Shown here in pieces: positions 12,184-24,077 of a stretch of 64,000 bases of DNA. The notes below the pieces were generated by a model. The model searched no databases, had not been told where the DNA came from, and was given only the letters and a program-made list of their open reading frames with translations. A program made the translations under genes and the position numbers. This stretch comes from Puccinia triticina (lineage: Eukaryota): NCBI GenBank assembly GCA_026914245.1, contig CP110439.1:806001-870000 (forward strand), given 5' to 3'. Position 1 is the first letter of the stretch. The number at the start of each line of letters is the position of its first letter.

Positions 12184-15100
12184 TGTTGTGTCGAGAGAAA
12201 AACCCATGAGTCTACATTGCTCCTCCCCGACCGCCTCTTCAGCACTCCATACTCCAAAAGTGGAGTTTGTACACCCCAACTCTTAACACCCCCCCTCAAA
12301 CTCCACACAACTAACAACAAGATTCTAAAAAACATGATATAAAAGAAAAAAAATATAACAGAAGATAATTGGAGTTGGTAAAAAGATGAAAGAAAACATA
12401 GACAAGTGAGGGAACAAAGTCAGAAGATTACGGAAACAATTTTTTCATTGAGTTTGAGTGAATTGTTGCCTTGACCGGTTTTGTTAAGAAATCCGCGATG
12501 TTGATGTCGGTAGAAATCCAGTCGAGCTTGATGTGATGTTCGCGGACAGCGTCGTTAACAAAGAAAAAATTACGTTCAAGGCTTTTCATTCTTCCCTTCG
12601 ATGTGGTATCATCTGAGATTAAGACTGCCGCTCTGTTGTCGCATTTTATCGATAATTTGGGGTCGATATCGAGAGATTTGATGATTGGTAATAGAAAAAG
12701 AAGAAAATCCACTGATTGACCTAGAGATATGAATTCAGCTGCGCATGTCGATGTTGCCACCACCTTTTGCCTCCGGGAGCCCCAGGCCACCGGAGCACCG
12801 AACAAAGTGATTACGAAGCCCGATGTCGATCGTTGAAACTCTCCACCCCAGTTCGCATCCACCCAAGTCGTCATTTCATCTCCCGATGCCAATAGCTTCA
12901 AACGTTTCGATCGTGTCGTGTAGATATATTGTACGAGATGTGACAAAGCCTCCCAGTGTGAGTCGTTAGGATTCGTACTGAACCTGGCAAGGTAATTAAC
13001 CGCGAAGCTTATGTCTGGTCTAGTTCCCAACGCCAGGTAATTTATCGAGCCTATTGGTGATTGATATAGTGTTGCTGAAACCGGTTCCCCCCACGAAGTT
13101 GTAAGATTGTTGCCAGTCAGCGGGGTATGAGTAGTTATCAAGAGTTTTTTCACTTCCTTCCTGTACTTTTCTACTAGCTGGTCGATAAGCATGTGTTGAC
13201 TGAGAAATATCGCATCATCTTCGTACTCAAGTCGAATGCCAACGAGTTTTTTCAGGCTTTGAATCCCACTTGAGGCGCAGGCTTCGGTCCATGTTCTGTC
13301 TTAGAAGTTCAATATCCGGTTCGTTGTTGCCGAACACGATCCCATCATCCACATGAATCCATACTATAATAATGGAGTTACCCTTCTTGTACCTGTACAG
13401 ACACTCCTCCACTTCGTCGCATTCAAATCCCCAGCCGTGGAGTAAACTCTTGAAATGTTTCCACCAGCAACGGCTGGCCTGACAAGTGCCGTATAGAGCC
13501 TTCTTGAGTTTGAGTACCTTCCCATTCAGATGAGGAAATAGCTCGACGGGTGGATCGACGTAAATAGTCTCTTCGATTGGACTGTGGACAAAAGCCCCGG
13601 TAATGTCAAAAGAATTGATTATCCAATTATTCCTTACCGCCAGAGTGAGCAGTATTCGTAATGTCGATAAAGAAGCTGTTGGAGCAAACGTTGAACAAAT
13701 GTCCTTTCCAAGACGTTGTTTGAAACCTCGTACAACGAAACGGGCCTTCAGTTTGTTGATTGAGCCATCCGTGTTACGCTTGATGTCAAAAACAAAACGA
13801 GTGCCGATGGAGTGTCGATTTTCTTTTTCCATGATGTCAAATGTGTCGATTTCCGTTAATTGATCCCATTCTTTGATGCACGCTTTACGCCACTCGACCC
13901 CTGCCGGCGAGCTTAGAGCCTGTCGTAGGGTGGATGGAATATCTGTGTCGGACGTAGCTTGTAAAAGATCGAGTTGATTATCTTGTTCCTCACATATTTC
14001 CGCTGTTCGTTCTTGTCCCAAAGTCAGAACTCTACGGGCAATCGGGTTATCAGCCAAAGACGTGGGAGAAGGAAAGAGAATTTTCCCTTGGAAATCCAGA
14101 AAAAAGGCACACTCAGAGTTTATTACTTTCTGAGTAATGGGATTCCAGAATAGCCATCCCCTCTCATCATCCTGGTAGCCAACTAAATATCCCGTCCAGC
14201 CGCGTTGATCGAGTTTACGGCGCCGGTCTTTTGGAATGTGAACGCTGGCACGAGAACCGAAAGGATAGAACGTGTCGGCACAAGGTTGACGACCGGACCA
14301 TAGTTCCAACGGAGTTGATTTACAGCGCTGGTTGGGAATTCTGTTGACAAGGTAGCATGCGCATCGGTAAGCGTACGACCAGAGTTTCGAAGGTAGCTCA
14401 GAGTGGGCTAATGTTGTTCGGGCAATGTCCCCCAATGTGCGATTTAGACGTTCAGCTTCCCCATTCTGCTCTGGTGTGTAAGGGGATGTAAAGATTATCT
14501 GTGATCCAACAGATTCAAGGTAGTCCGAAAGAGGTTTTACACCATATTCTTTGGCATTGTTGGAACGAATGAACTTTGGCGCCATCTTGAAGTGATTGAC
14601 CATTTTCTTGACAAGAGATATTAGAATTTGAGGGACCTCAGACCAAGATTTCATGGGAAAAACAAAACTGTAGGTAGTCGCATGATCGCGGATTGTGAGA
14701 AGAAATCGATTACCAGAGACATCGGGATCGAAAGGACCCATGACGTCGGTGACAAGGAGATCGAGTCAATTTTCCCGGGGAATTACCTCGGGTAGAGAAT
14801 GGCGGCGTCTTTCGCTTTTAGTCTGTTTACAAGTTTCACAGATGAAAGGAGTCCAATTTTTCAAGTCAAAAGACGGTACGAAACGTTTCAGGAAATCTTT
14901 CACAATCGTGTCGGAGATGTGGCCCAATCTACAATGCCACTCATACGCCGGAGATATGGATTGACTGGAAGATCGAGTCGAGACAGCGCGAATGTCGGAA
15001 GTAAAAAATTTGAAAGAACCCGGAGTGATAACCCAGGACCAATGAATGAATTTAGCGGTGATAGAAGCGAAGTTTGAAATTAAATGAATGACGTGGTTGG

Positions 15101-17133
15101 GGAGAAAAAATGGTTTGAAGCCGGATTCAATCAACTGGCCAAGACTAAGGAGTGTGCCGGTCATCTCCGGACTGTACAATACTTTCGGGATTGTGAGGGT
15201 ACCATCCCCATTGACCATCTTGAGGTATCCACTATGTGTCGCCAACATAGATCCGTCGGACGAAGCCAGCTTCAGCTTATAATTGGAGATAGAGAGAAAA
15301 AGGATTGGAAAGAGCCGCTCACGTGGTGGGTCGCCCCTGAATCCAAAACCGTGCCATCGCCGGTAGCACCCTTTGCATCCACGCCCACAGCCGATCGAAC
15401 CGCCACATTCGGATCCTGTCCTGTGGGTGGGTTGTTCGGGGGTGCCACCTGGCGGGCGAAACCGGAGACAGGGCGACCATTGATGGGGGTATCAGGGGGC
15501 GGCAGGTTGGCATCCCTGCGGAGTGTCGGACACGACGACCTCCAATGCCCCGACGCCCCGCAGTACAAGCAAGGTTTACCGTCAAAAACTGCCGGATTGC
15601 TCGGGCTGGTGTTGCCCTTTCGGATGTTATTGATAGCAGCTGATATGTCGTCGACCGTGGGATGTCCGGGCCGTCCCACATTTTTTTGTCTTTGCTGATT
15701 GGGAAAGTTGGTCTGGTTTCTCGGTTGGCCTGGCAGCCCGCTCCGAGGGCTAGATCGACCAAGCTGATTTCCTGGGTTGTTCCAGACTGGTTGTGATGAA
15801 TTACCCCACGCCGAACTTCTGGGAGCTGACGAGTTTGGGAACGTTCGGAAGACTGAAACATTGGGATGTTGATCGGAATCGAACCGTACGCTCTCGCTGT
15901 ACGCGGAAGTAATGATTGTTTGTATGTCTCTGGCAGTAACGTCCTTTTTGGAGCCAAGTTGCAGTGATATATTCTGGAAGAGTTGAGAACGGGACATTGA
16001 GGGAGGGGTAGGGGCGATGGCCTGTAGAACAAGGCTTTCGACGAGGGAAGGTAGACCTGCTCCCACCTTCTTAAGATCTGAAAAAATATTGAAGGTTTTG
16101 TTGAAAAGACCCTGGAGTTGTGACGGTTCAGTCGCTGGGCCGGTAATCCGTAGTTCCAAAAGTTTATCGACCAGTTCGATCTGTCAAAAACAAACCGTTC
16201 CTTGGAAGTTCGCCTGAACTGCCTCATACGCGCCTGTCCCTGAAGTACACCGATTGACCAGAGACGATAGCTCATCGTGGACCGTAATTTGGATGAAATA
16301 CAGAAGGCTGTTGTTCTCTTGTACCGATAATTTCTTGTAGTTTTCTTGATCGTCGAAGAAGCTAGAATGCCCGAGTGTAAGTAGGATAACCCTGGTGAGT
16401 CCCCGCTTCCATTTGGTGAAGTTGCTGCCGTCGGCGGCCAACGGTTTGACATCTTGTTTATAGATGCTTGGCTTTTGAAGGAATTTGTTCTTAGGGGAGA
16501 CGTCGGTTGTGCTGGCTTGTGACATGTAGAAAATGGGAGATTCTGGTATCGAAATGTTCTCGGGGGAAGTCGGTGACGTGTCAGAAGAAGTTTGGGGTGT
16601 GAATCGTTCTCGAGGTATGTTGATAAGTGGGCGGTATTCGGGTGTTGGGATTACAATCGCGATGGGTAAGCCAAAAGGTTGTACGACGATTCGTTTGCCT
16701 GATGAAATCGGGGCCAATGGTGATTCGTCGATGTGCCGGGTGATAACTTTAGAAAAGATATAAGATACTTCCGAGATGAATGGTGAAGGGGGTTGATCTT
16801 CTTCCAAAGGGTCTGGTTTTTCTTCAACGGGAGACAGTGGTAAAGGGGGAAGTGCGAGTAAAGCCTTGTACGCTTTTGTTTGTTTCGGCCGTTTTGCTCG
16901 AGTTGGCGGCGGCAGTGGTCCAGAGATCTGAGGTTTTTCACGTCGAGTACTGACCATGCACCTATTAGAGCCTGGAGAGATTCCTGGTTGTATCGGCTAT
17001 CAAGATGTTGAGCAATCGAGTCTTAATCTGTTGTGTCGAGAGAAAAACCCATGAGTCTACATTGCTCCTCCCCGACCGCCTCTTCAGCACTCCATACTCC
17101 AAAAGTGGAGTTTGTACACCCCAACTCTCAACA
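12184..17133 (-). mobile_element. Full-length Ty1/Copia LTR retrotransposon, coding-defective
   Basis: 105-bp LTRs (12184-12288, 17029-17133; one visible mismatch), 5-bp TSD TGGAC, G-rich PPT next to the 3' LTR. Domain order gag-PR-IN-RT-RH. Confidence 0.96.
12428..16957 (-). pseudogene. Copia gag-pol polyprotein, disrupted
   Basis: Zinc knuckle CLYCGASGHWRSSC, protease LDSGATHHV, integrase (WHCRLGH, TPEQNGEAER), RT (KARFV, HVDD), RNase H (DANWG, NIADFLTK). In-frame TGA stops at ~16184 and ~14766; frameshifts near 15275 and 13250. Confidence 0.93.
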
Positions 17134-17640
17134 TGGACCAGCCTTGGCTCAGCTGATGCTCAGCTGATGCTCAGCTGTGGACCAGCCTTGGCTCAGCTGA
17201 TGCTCAGCTGTGGACCAGCCTTGTCTCAGCTGATGCTCAGCAGTGGAACAGCCTTGGCTCAGGTGATATTAATCTTTTGAATAGTCTCAAAACATCTGAT
17301 ACTCAGCTTTAAAACAGCCTTGGCTCAGCCAATGCTCAGCTTTATACCAGCATTGGCTCAGCTGATGCTCAGCTTTTGAAAAGTTTTGGCCCAGCTGGTG
17401 TTAATCTTTGGAACAGTATTGTCCCAGCTGATCCTAAGCTCTGCACAAGCCTTTTCCAAGATGATGCTCAGCTTTGGACCATTGTTGGCTAAGCTGATGC
17501 TCAGATTTGGAATATTCTTGGTCCAGCTGACACTTGGATTTGTATCAGGCTTGGAATATCCAATGCTCAGCTGTGGCCCAGGCTCAGCCAATGCTCAGAT
17601 TTGGCCCAGGCTCAGTCAATGCCTACTGCTCAGCTGTTCC
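17134..17640. repeat. 33-bp tandem array, right part
   Basis: Same GCTCAGCT unit resumes after the Copia TSD and degenerates distally. Confidence 0.85.
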
Positions 17641-17816
17641 TGGGAAAAAATTAGGATCAGCTGACTGTGCCACATTGAGTGCTCTGGTGCAGTCCTGCAA
17701 GCTCTACAAGTGCTGGTGGAGCAGACTTGGAGCAGCGCTGGAGTAGCTCTGGAGCAGAAACCAAAGCTGCATGATGTCACTTGCCATCAAGTGACTATTT
17801 TTTTTTCCTGGTGTAT

Positions 17817-18375
17817 GGAGATTTGAATTCATCATGAGAATGGAGGGAGTGTCACGACAGTTGTTTTTATTCAACCAATCACTTAGTATGGGGATGGCAG
17901 AGAAATTTGATGGGGGATTATAGATTGAGAGTATGTGAAAATGTAGAGGAGTGTTGGTATTGACAGTGATGGAAGCAGTCGTGAGGAATTTATTATTGTC
18001 TGGCAGGCAATGGAAATGATGGCTTGGCATTGATTTGCTGACATAGATACAGCACCTAGGTCTGTTCTTGCTGGAGTTTGGTTGAGAGATTTGGTGCCAG
18101 TTAGGGTGGGTGGGTGGTAGATGATCAATGAGATTAGTCCAAGGCTCTTGAAGTAGAAGTGCAAGGGAGGAAGCTTCACAGTGTAGTACGCTGAGGGTGA
18201 AGTCTTTTCTGTTATGGCAATTAAGTTGGAAGAGTGAGAAGCAGTGGGGGGATTGCTTGGAAAAAAGGGGATTAAAGGTCTTGGTAAAATGTGAAGGTAA
18301 TGAGCTTGAGGTAAAGGGTTTATTAGAGGGAAAATCAGGGGTGGGGGTTTTGAAATTTGTACCTATCATTGGCAA
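17817..18375 (-). pseudogene. LINE (Tad1-like) ORF2 N-terminus, AP endonuclease
   Basis: FQLNCHN, LLLQEPW, PRCCIYV, SIYNPP and MNSNLH are APE motifs; overlaps the end of ORF1. Confidence 0.88.
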
Positions 18376-19622
18376 AGGTTGGAGGGCTTTTCCCTAGTTA
18401 GTTTTTCAAGCTCTTTGACACGGATAGGGCAAGCACTGCTGAAGGGGGAGTGATCATATTTTGGGTCTGACAGGTCTACGGTAGCAGAGGATTTCCGGCC
18501 CACTTGTAGGCACTGTTGGTAGCTTCTGCTGGAATCTTCCATTTCTTTGCAAGACGCAGAGTTGTGTCCAGCTCCGTAACGCAAGCAGAGAGGCTTATAT
18601 TTACAAGAGTGGGCCAGGTGGCCTACCTTCAAGCAATTGTAGCATTGCTTGGGACCCTGGAGGTAGTGTTGCCCTTTCAGGTGCAAACTATTATAGCATT
18701 AGCCAGCTCTTTTGATGTCAAGAGCCAGACGTCTGTCTAAAAAGTAAATCAGGAGAGTGCTGGAGGCCTTACCCAAATCCTTGGGGCTGAGGAGCCATTG
18801 AATCTTTTCAATTTCCTTTGGATCAATGTTGTTTTGCTTGCAGAGCAGCTCAACATGTTGTTTATTGTTGACTTTGAAGCTAGTGGGGCAGGAGTGAAGC
18901 AGAACGGGGTGGGACACTTGGGATGTAACAAAAACAGGGTCAGCCTTCTTGGTTCAGAGGTGTTTGTTGTTGAGAAGCCATTTGGCCGCTCTTTGATCTT
19001 TGGTAAAAATTTTAACATCCCCGTTGGGGAACTGGGCTACCGCTTTTACCTTGATGGGATCGTTGTCAATTGTTGCTTTAGCAAAAACTAATGCTTCATT
19101 GATCTTCTGACAGATGGCTGCCGCTGTAAGGCCTTCAAAAGTTTTAGGTTGATCGAATCTTTTCCTGATCACCACCTGACCCAGTTTAAACCTGTTGATG
19201 TACTTAGCCACACTGGGGATTGAGGTCCTGGCCGCCTTCTCCGAATGGAGAGAGGTTGGCCTAGGAGGCAAGTTGCTCGGTTTTGCGGCTGTATGAGCCG
19301 TCAAGTTAGAAGAGTTCGGTAAAGACAAGGTCTCTACCTTCTTTTCTAATCTGGCCATATTAGCCGCAATCTCTTTGATCCTCACTAGGAGGGTGTTAAA
19401 AGAGTCCGCTTGAGCGGCTCCAGACGGTTTGGGAACCTGGCCGGAGACCACCCTCTCGAGGTTCTCCAATCCAGGGATCAAAGAATCAACCACTTTGGTT
19501 AACTTGTCCACTAGTTGGTTTTCGACGACAGGCAGGGAGCCCTCAGTAACAAACATGTCCATACCGGACATATCGTCACTGGTCGCGGGGCCTCCGCCCT
19601 GCGGGAGCAGGGGGTTTGGCAT
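18366..19622 (-). pseudogene. LINE ORF1 (gag-like nucleic-acid-binding protein), disrupted
   Basis: ORF pieces 18954..19622, 18699..18917 and 18366..18686. CCHC knuckle QCYNCLKVGHLAHSC plus degenerate second/third knuckles; directly upstream of the APE. Confidence 0.85.
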
Positions 19623-19626
19623 GGGT

Positions 19627-20347
19627 CTAGCTTAACTAAGCCTCTTGAACGGAGGGTCCGGGGGACCCCGCCCGGAGGGCTCTCCGCAGGAGAGGCTTAC
19701 GCCTAATGTCTGAAGTCTGGCAGGGAAAGGAAGGATATTCAACCCCAAAACCACTAAACAATTATTTAAAAATCAGCAAAATATGTACAAAAAAACTGAA
19801 TAGACAGTTTCATTGGCAGTGCTGATGCGCACCCTCACCCAAAATTTTGAGCAAAAAGCTCCAAAACTGATTGAAGGAATCCGTTTTGAAGGTCAAAGGA
19901 ACCCTGAAGGATATTACATTGCTCTGAAGATCCATTTTTGGATTTTCTGATAATATGCACAATTGAGTTTCCTATATGCAACAAAATGCAACACTACATG
20001 TGTAGGATCTGCGGGTTTGCAGATCCAGGATCCACCAGGCATGATGGTTGCGCATCCTTAGTTTACATTTCTTCATGTTTTTTTATTTTTAAACCATTAG
20101 TACAGTGCAAATGGTTTGGATTGAGGAGATGAGACCTGTGCCAAATGAAAGCTGAGGTCCAGAAGTATATTTTGGCTCTGGGGTAGGTCCACAGGACCTG
20201 AGGGGGAGGCTGGCTGAGGCTTAATATTTTCCCTCCAGCCATTTGTGATTTCTTTCCCAGCCAAAATTTTGACATTACGCGCAAGTCCCTCCCTGCGGGA
20301 GGGGCCGCTTTGCGGCCAGCCACAGCGAGCCTCCCACCATAAGTTAG
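19627..20347. mobile_element. MULE-like non-autonomous element (deleted derivative of 37638-39186)
   Basis: Ends CTAGCTTAA...TAAGTTAG; perfect 9-bp TSD GGCATGGGT (19618-19626, 20348-20356). Near-identical to both arms of the 37.6-kb copy, joined at an AAAGG microhomology. Confidence 0.88.
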
Positions 20348-20596
20348 GGCATGGGTAGATGAGACTGGTAAGCGCTGAAGGGTTGATGGAGGGAATAGGG
20401 GAGAGAGCGAGTGCTCTTGTGAATTGCAAACGGGGATAGGGGGAAGGGGTTTCTTGTGTTAAGTTAGAGGCACAAGTCCCCGCTTGGTGTCCCGGGGGCG
20501 GAGGGACTTTCAAGTTCGGGGGTCTTGACTGTTGTTGACTAAACTTGAGCTTGCCAGACATCGTAGATCGCTCGAAGACCATCCAGACATTGAAAT

Positions 20597-21427
20597 ATGA
20601 CGACCATCGACTCTTTGCCTTGTGAGTTCGCTTCAACTACATCGACAGTCTGCTATAATGCCTCCTGACCTGCTCGGGACGCTCGAAAAACCACAGACTA
20701 TGATCGCGACCTCGACGTGATTCCGAACCTTCGGCAGAGGATAGAGCGGGAGATCGAACTTGAGTTAAAGTCAACACCTCAACCAGCGTCCAATGCCGAT
20801 CCGCCGCCTTCCTACCACCCTTTCTTGTCCGAGTTCCCAGATCTACTTGCATCGCCCACCAGATCGACCAGGCTAACAGATAAATCAGATCCCAATTACC
20901 AATCCGACGGGTCGAAAGATTCCCTAGATATCGAGCGATTCCATATTCCCTACCCTGATGATCACACAAGTCTGAAAAATTGGGAAGATGCTTTATCAAA
21001 CGCTAAATCCCAACTAGAACACCAGCGACTACGTCTGATCAATCTCGATCTGATTGCTAAACATGGGGCCAACCATTGGAAACTCTCAAACTTTCTGGTA
21101 GATCAAGAAATATCGAAAGTTGATAAGTTGGTAGAACATTACAAAACCGAGATCGACAACGTAAATCGTCGCCGGAAATCCCATCAGGTCTGCTTTTAAT
21201 CTTGTTTCATTTCCTGGCAAACCTCCACCGCATCAGATCGCATCACTTTTTAACGCAAATCGATGTTGCAGACCGATGTAGGAGACAGATTGACCGATCT
21301 GGCTCAGAAGTGGCAGAACTTGGTTTCGACGAATATTTCCCTCGAAATTACCAACATCAATCTGAAGCTCGACGTGGAGGCTTTGCAGAAGGAGGCAGCT
21401 ACATTGAAAGAAAAACTTAGTACATAG
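20597..21427 (+). CDS. SPF27: Pre-mRNA-splicing factor SPF27/BCAS2 (Prp19 complex), 3 exons, 223 aa
   Basis: Exons 20597-20621, 20697-21187, 21272-21427 (GT..AG). IDSLPYYD, 'NAKSQLEHQRLRLINLDL..HGANHW' and 'VNRRRKSHQ' are BCAS2-family motifs. Confidence 0.9.
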
Positions 21428-22858
21428 CTTGTGCGCTTTATCAATTAGAAATGTTACTTTCATCGCTCGATCCATGCAGCTATCTGGGCCTAGGAATCCT
21501 AACAAAGTATTGCAAACATCCGCAAGCTCTCTGACCAACTGGGGCACTACAAATCTATCATTGTGGATCAGGCCTCGGGCCGGCCGGTGGCGCTTGGGTG
21601 CCGAACCGGTCGAACACGTCCACTCGGCCACTGCTTGGACAACTGGCCATGCAGTTGGTGCAGGCAGTGTCTCGAGTGTACAGACGAGCGTCTTGAAAGG
21701 TGATCACCTTCGCGAAGACAGTCTTTCACCCGTTAAGCCGGGTCATATGTGTTTTGTCCATCGAAAGGAGGTAATCTTATGGCGCTTGACTAACAGCTTG
21801 TTTATTGTATACATCTCTGTCTGATTTTCAAATGGTCGCAACTTGCTTCATGACTGTGCTCCTGGCTCACCGGACCCAAACCTGACCAAGTTCCTCCTGG
21901 GTCACTCCTCACTTCAGTCGCCGCAAAAGGAAAGTGTTTCCGCGCCATGTATGTACAAGGGACAAAATTATGTGGTTAATAAAGCTCCGTTCCCACTTTT
22001 AGCCTCTTGGTACCCTGAACGCCTTCCCCGGTTTAGACTCTGAGCCATGACCAACCATCCACATGTCTCCCGCATTCCCTAAAATTTTCGGACTTCTGGG
22101 ACATGTAACAAAAAAGCATTCAGCAGATTTTTCCTGTATGTAGAAAGTCTTGTGGGTTATTGGGATTGGAAGCGGGATCGGAACCCAAACACCAAAAATC
22201 ACAGTTGAGGGCTGTCCCCGCATGCACAACTTGCCAACTTGCATTCTTCATGCCCAAACATCCCCTGTTGATTCTGGGGTGGTCCATGCTCGGGCTGGTT
22301 TAAACCGCATACCGTAGGTGACTGTATTGGCATCGCGTTTGCCTCCAAGAGTATGTACAGCTTCATCTGTGTACATTTGTACATAAAATTGCTATAAGCC
22401 GCTAAAAAATACATATTGGTCTGACTTGCCCAGGAGGTTCTGCAGTCTGACTGGACGAGTCTTCCTGCTACTTCGCCGGGGTTTGACCGGCTGACGGCTG
22501 TCGATATCATAGGAGCACCTGCCAGTCGTTCGTCAGGCTGCTTTAGCCATCCCTGCCCCTTCCAAGCTTTCCTCCAAACAGAGAAAAAGGTGGCAGAGCT
22601 ATTGCATCTCCGACTTCCCAAACGTGTCCCCCTCAACCTACCGTTTTCAAACTCAACTACTCTGGCTTCTTAGCACGAACAATCTTGCTTATCATCGTAG
22701 CCAAACTTGGCCTTTAGCTGAGCTGTTGGCAAAGCGTATCCCCTTCGTCAGTGTAGAAGCCAGCACGGTTATCCTCCAGTTGTATCCCTGCGCATTCGTC
22801 AAAACAGTAGGTTGTCGACCATGGGTTTCACCAAGTCATCATCGGTGAGCTAAATCTT

Positions 22859-23779
22859 TTGTTATATGCGAGTCAACACTCATCACTCATCTTGTCCTTT
22901 GTTCAATCCAAACATCAGAAATCCACCAATGCCCACAATGCATTCATGGGGCGAAGTCGTCGTGATATCGACTCTCAACACTTCTTGGGTCCTATCAAAA
23001 GCAGAGTTACCTACTTCAACGGCTCCATGACCTGGATGAAGGGAAAAGCGTTGGTGAAGCACGGCGAAGAGGATTTGTTTTGCGAATTCGAGGGAGATCC
23101 AAATTTCATCGAACGCCGATTTGGTGGCAACGTCAAGCGCCCTCGTGAGAAAACCATGGACGAAGACCACGTCCCTGATGAAGAAGCCAGCGGGACCCAA
23201 CCAGAACCAAAAGCTCACCCCACGTCTGAGAGAGCAGTTGACCCTCAACCCAACAAAGAAGACGAACCTGCTCGTGTCGCTCCTACCCCCAAACGCAGCC
23301 GAGTTTCTGATCCACTTGGCCTAGGACTAGCTCAGCGGGCCTTGGCCGAAACGGGAATCGAAGGATCAAACGAAGGACCGTCGCGTAACACGCGCTCTAG
23401 AGCTGGTAGTAGCCTGCGCGGAAGAGGAAGCCACGGTGCGGCACTCGCTATTGCAGCCTCGCGAAAGAGTAGCGGTCGGACCGAAAGAACATTGGCGCGC
23501 AAAGGAAAAGGGAAGGGCAAGGCTACGGATCCTGATCAACTGGCCGAAATCACTGCTGGAATCGACGGATTTTCGGTTTTCAGTAATCATCAAATCGAGG
23601 AGGATCCCCGCCCCACCAACGTCGCGCCTGTAGGGCCATCGACAAGCAAAAACGTAGAAATGGATGCGGGCGAGTGGGCCCATCCGGTGACCCATTCTGC
23701 CAAAGTTGGTGTATGGCTTGGTAAATACCATTTTTCTTTCAGTCGTCCGTGCAATGGCCATCGCGTTGATGAGATATAA
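22859..23779 (+). CDS. Large exon of a hypothetical multi-exon protein (low-complexity, basic); full model unresolved
   Basis: 306-codon ORF with gene-like composition and a KGKGKGKA motif; probable upstream exons at ~22060-22850. Confidence 0.5.
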   Translation: MLYASQHSSLILSFVQSKHQKSTNAHNAFMGRSRRDIDSQHFLGPIKSRVTYFNGSMTWMKGKALVKHGEEDLFCEFEGDPNFIERRFGGNVKRPREKTMDEDHVPDEEASGTQPEPKAHPTSERAVDPQPNKEDEPARVAPTPKRSRVSDPLGLGLAQRALAETGIEGSNEGPSRNTRSRAGSSLRGRGSHGAALAIAASRKSSGRTERTLARKGKGKGKATDPDQLAEITAGIDGFSVFSNHQIEEDPRPTNVAPVGPSTSKNVEMDAGEWAHPVTHSAKVGVWLGKYHFSFSRPCNGHRVDEI

Positions 23780-24077
23780 ACCTTTCATCGTCACAGAAAG
23801 AACGGCAGAAGCCGGCTCGCAGGCCCCGGTAGACGCACCGCGAAGCCGAGCTCCTTCATCAATCCCCGGTATTTTCATCACATAGAACCCCACGTCCGAC
23901 AAGGCGATTTCTAGCGAACAAGTTTCATCTGAAGTGGTCCTCAAGATCATTGACTCGCTATAAAATTACGTTTGCTATGATAGTTCCGATTATTACGACA
24001 TGAGTTGTGGTGCAGTTTCTCGTAGCTTGTGCTTCCTGGTTTTCTTTGTTACAGTCCACGCCCGTTTTTTTTTTGTT

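Larger units (their letters stand above)
11527..17813. mobile_element. Non-autonomous CACTA-like element (CACC termini) hosting the Copia insertion
   Basis: ~45-bp TIR CACCAGGAAAAAAAAATAGTCACTTGATG...; 3-bp TSD TAT (11524-11526, 17814-17816). Removing it restores the LINE frame MMNSNLH-NSCWNPP. Confidence 0.88.

Noticed and set aside
11952..12342. ORFs with 11-aa repeats (MLSCGPALAQL)
   Set aside because: Translation of the 33-bp tandem array and the Copia LTR; open on both strands.
15319..16452. 377-aa alternative-frame ORF within Copia gag
   Set aside because: No recognisable motif; overlaps a GC-rich gag region where shadow ORFs are common.
21575..21685. GC-rich hairpin downstream of SPF27
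   Set aside because: Probably a small repeat remnant; no TSD or second copy in the window to support a call.
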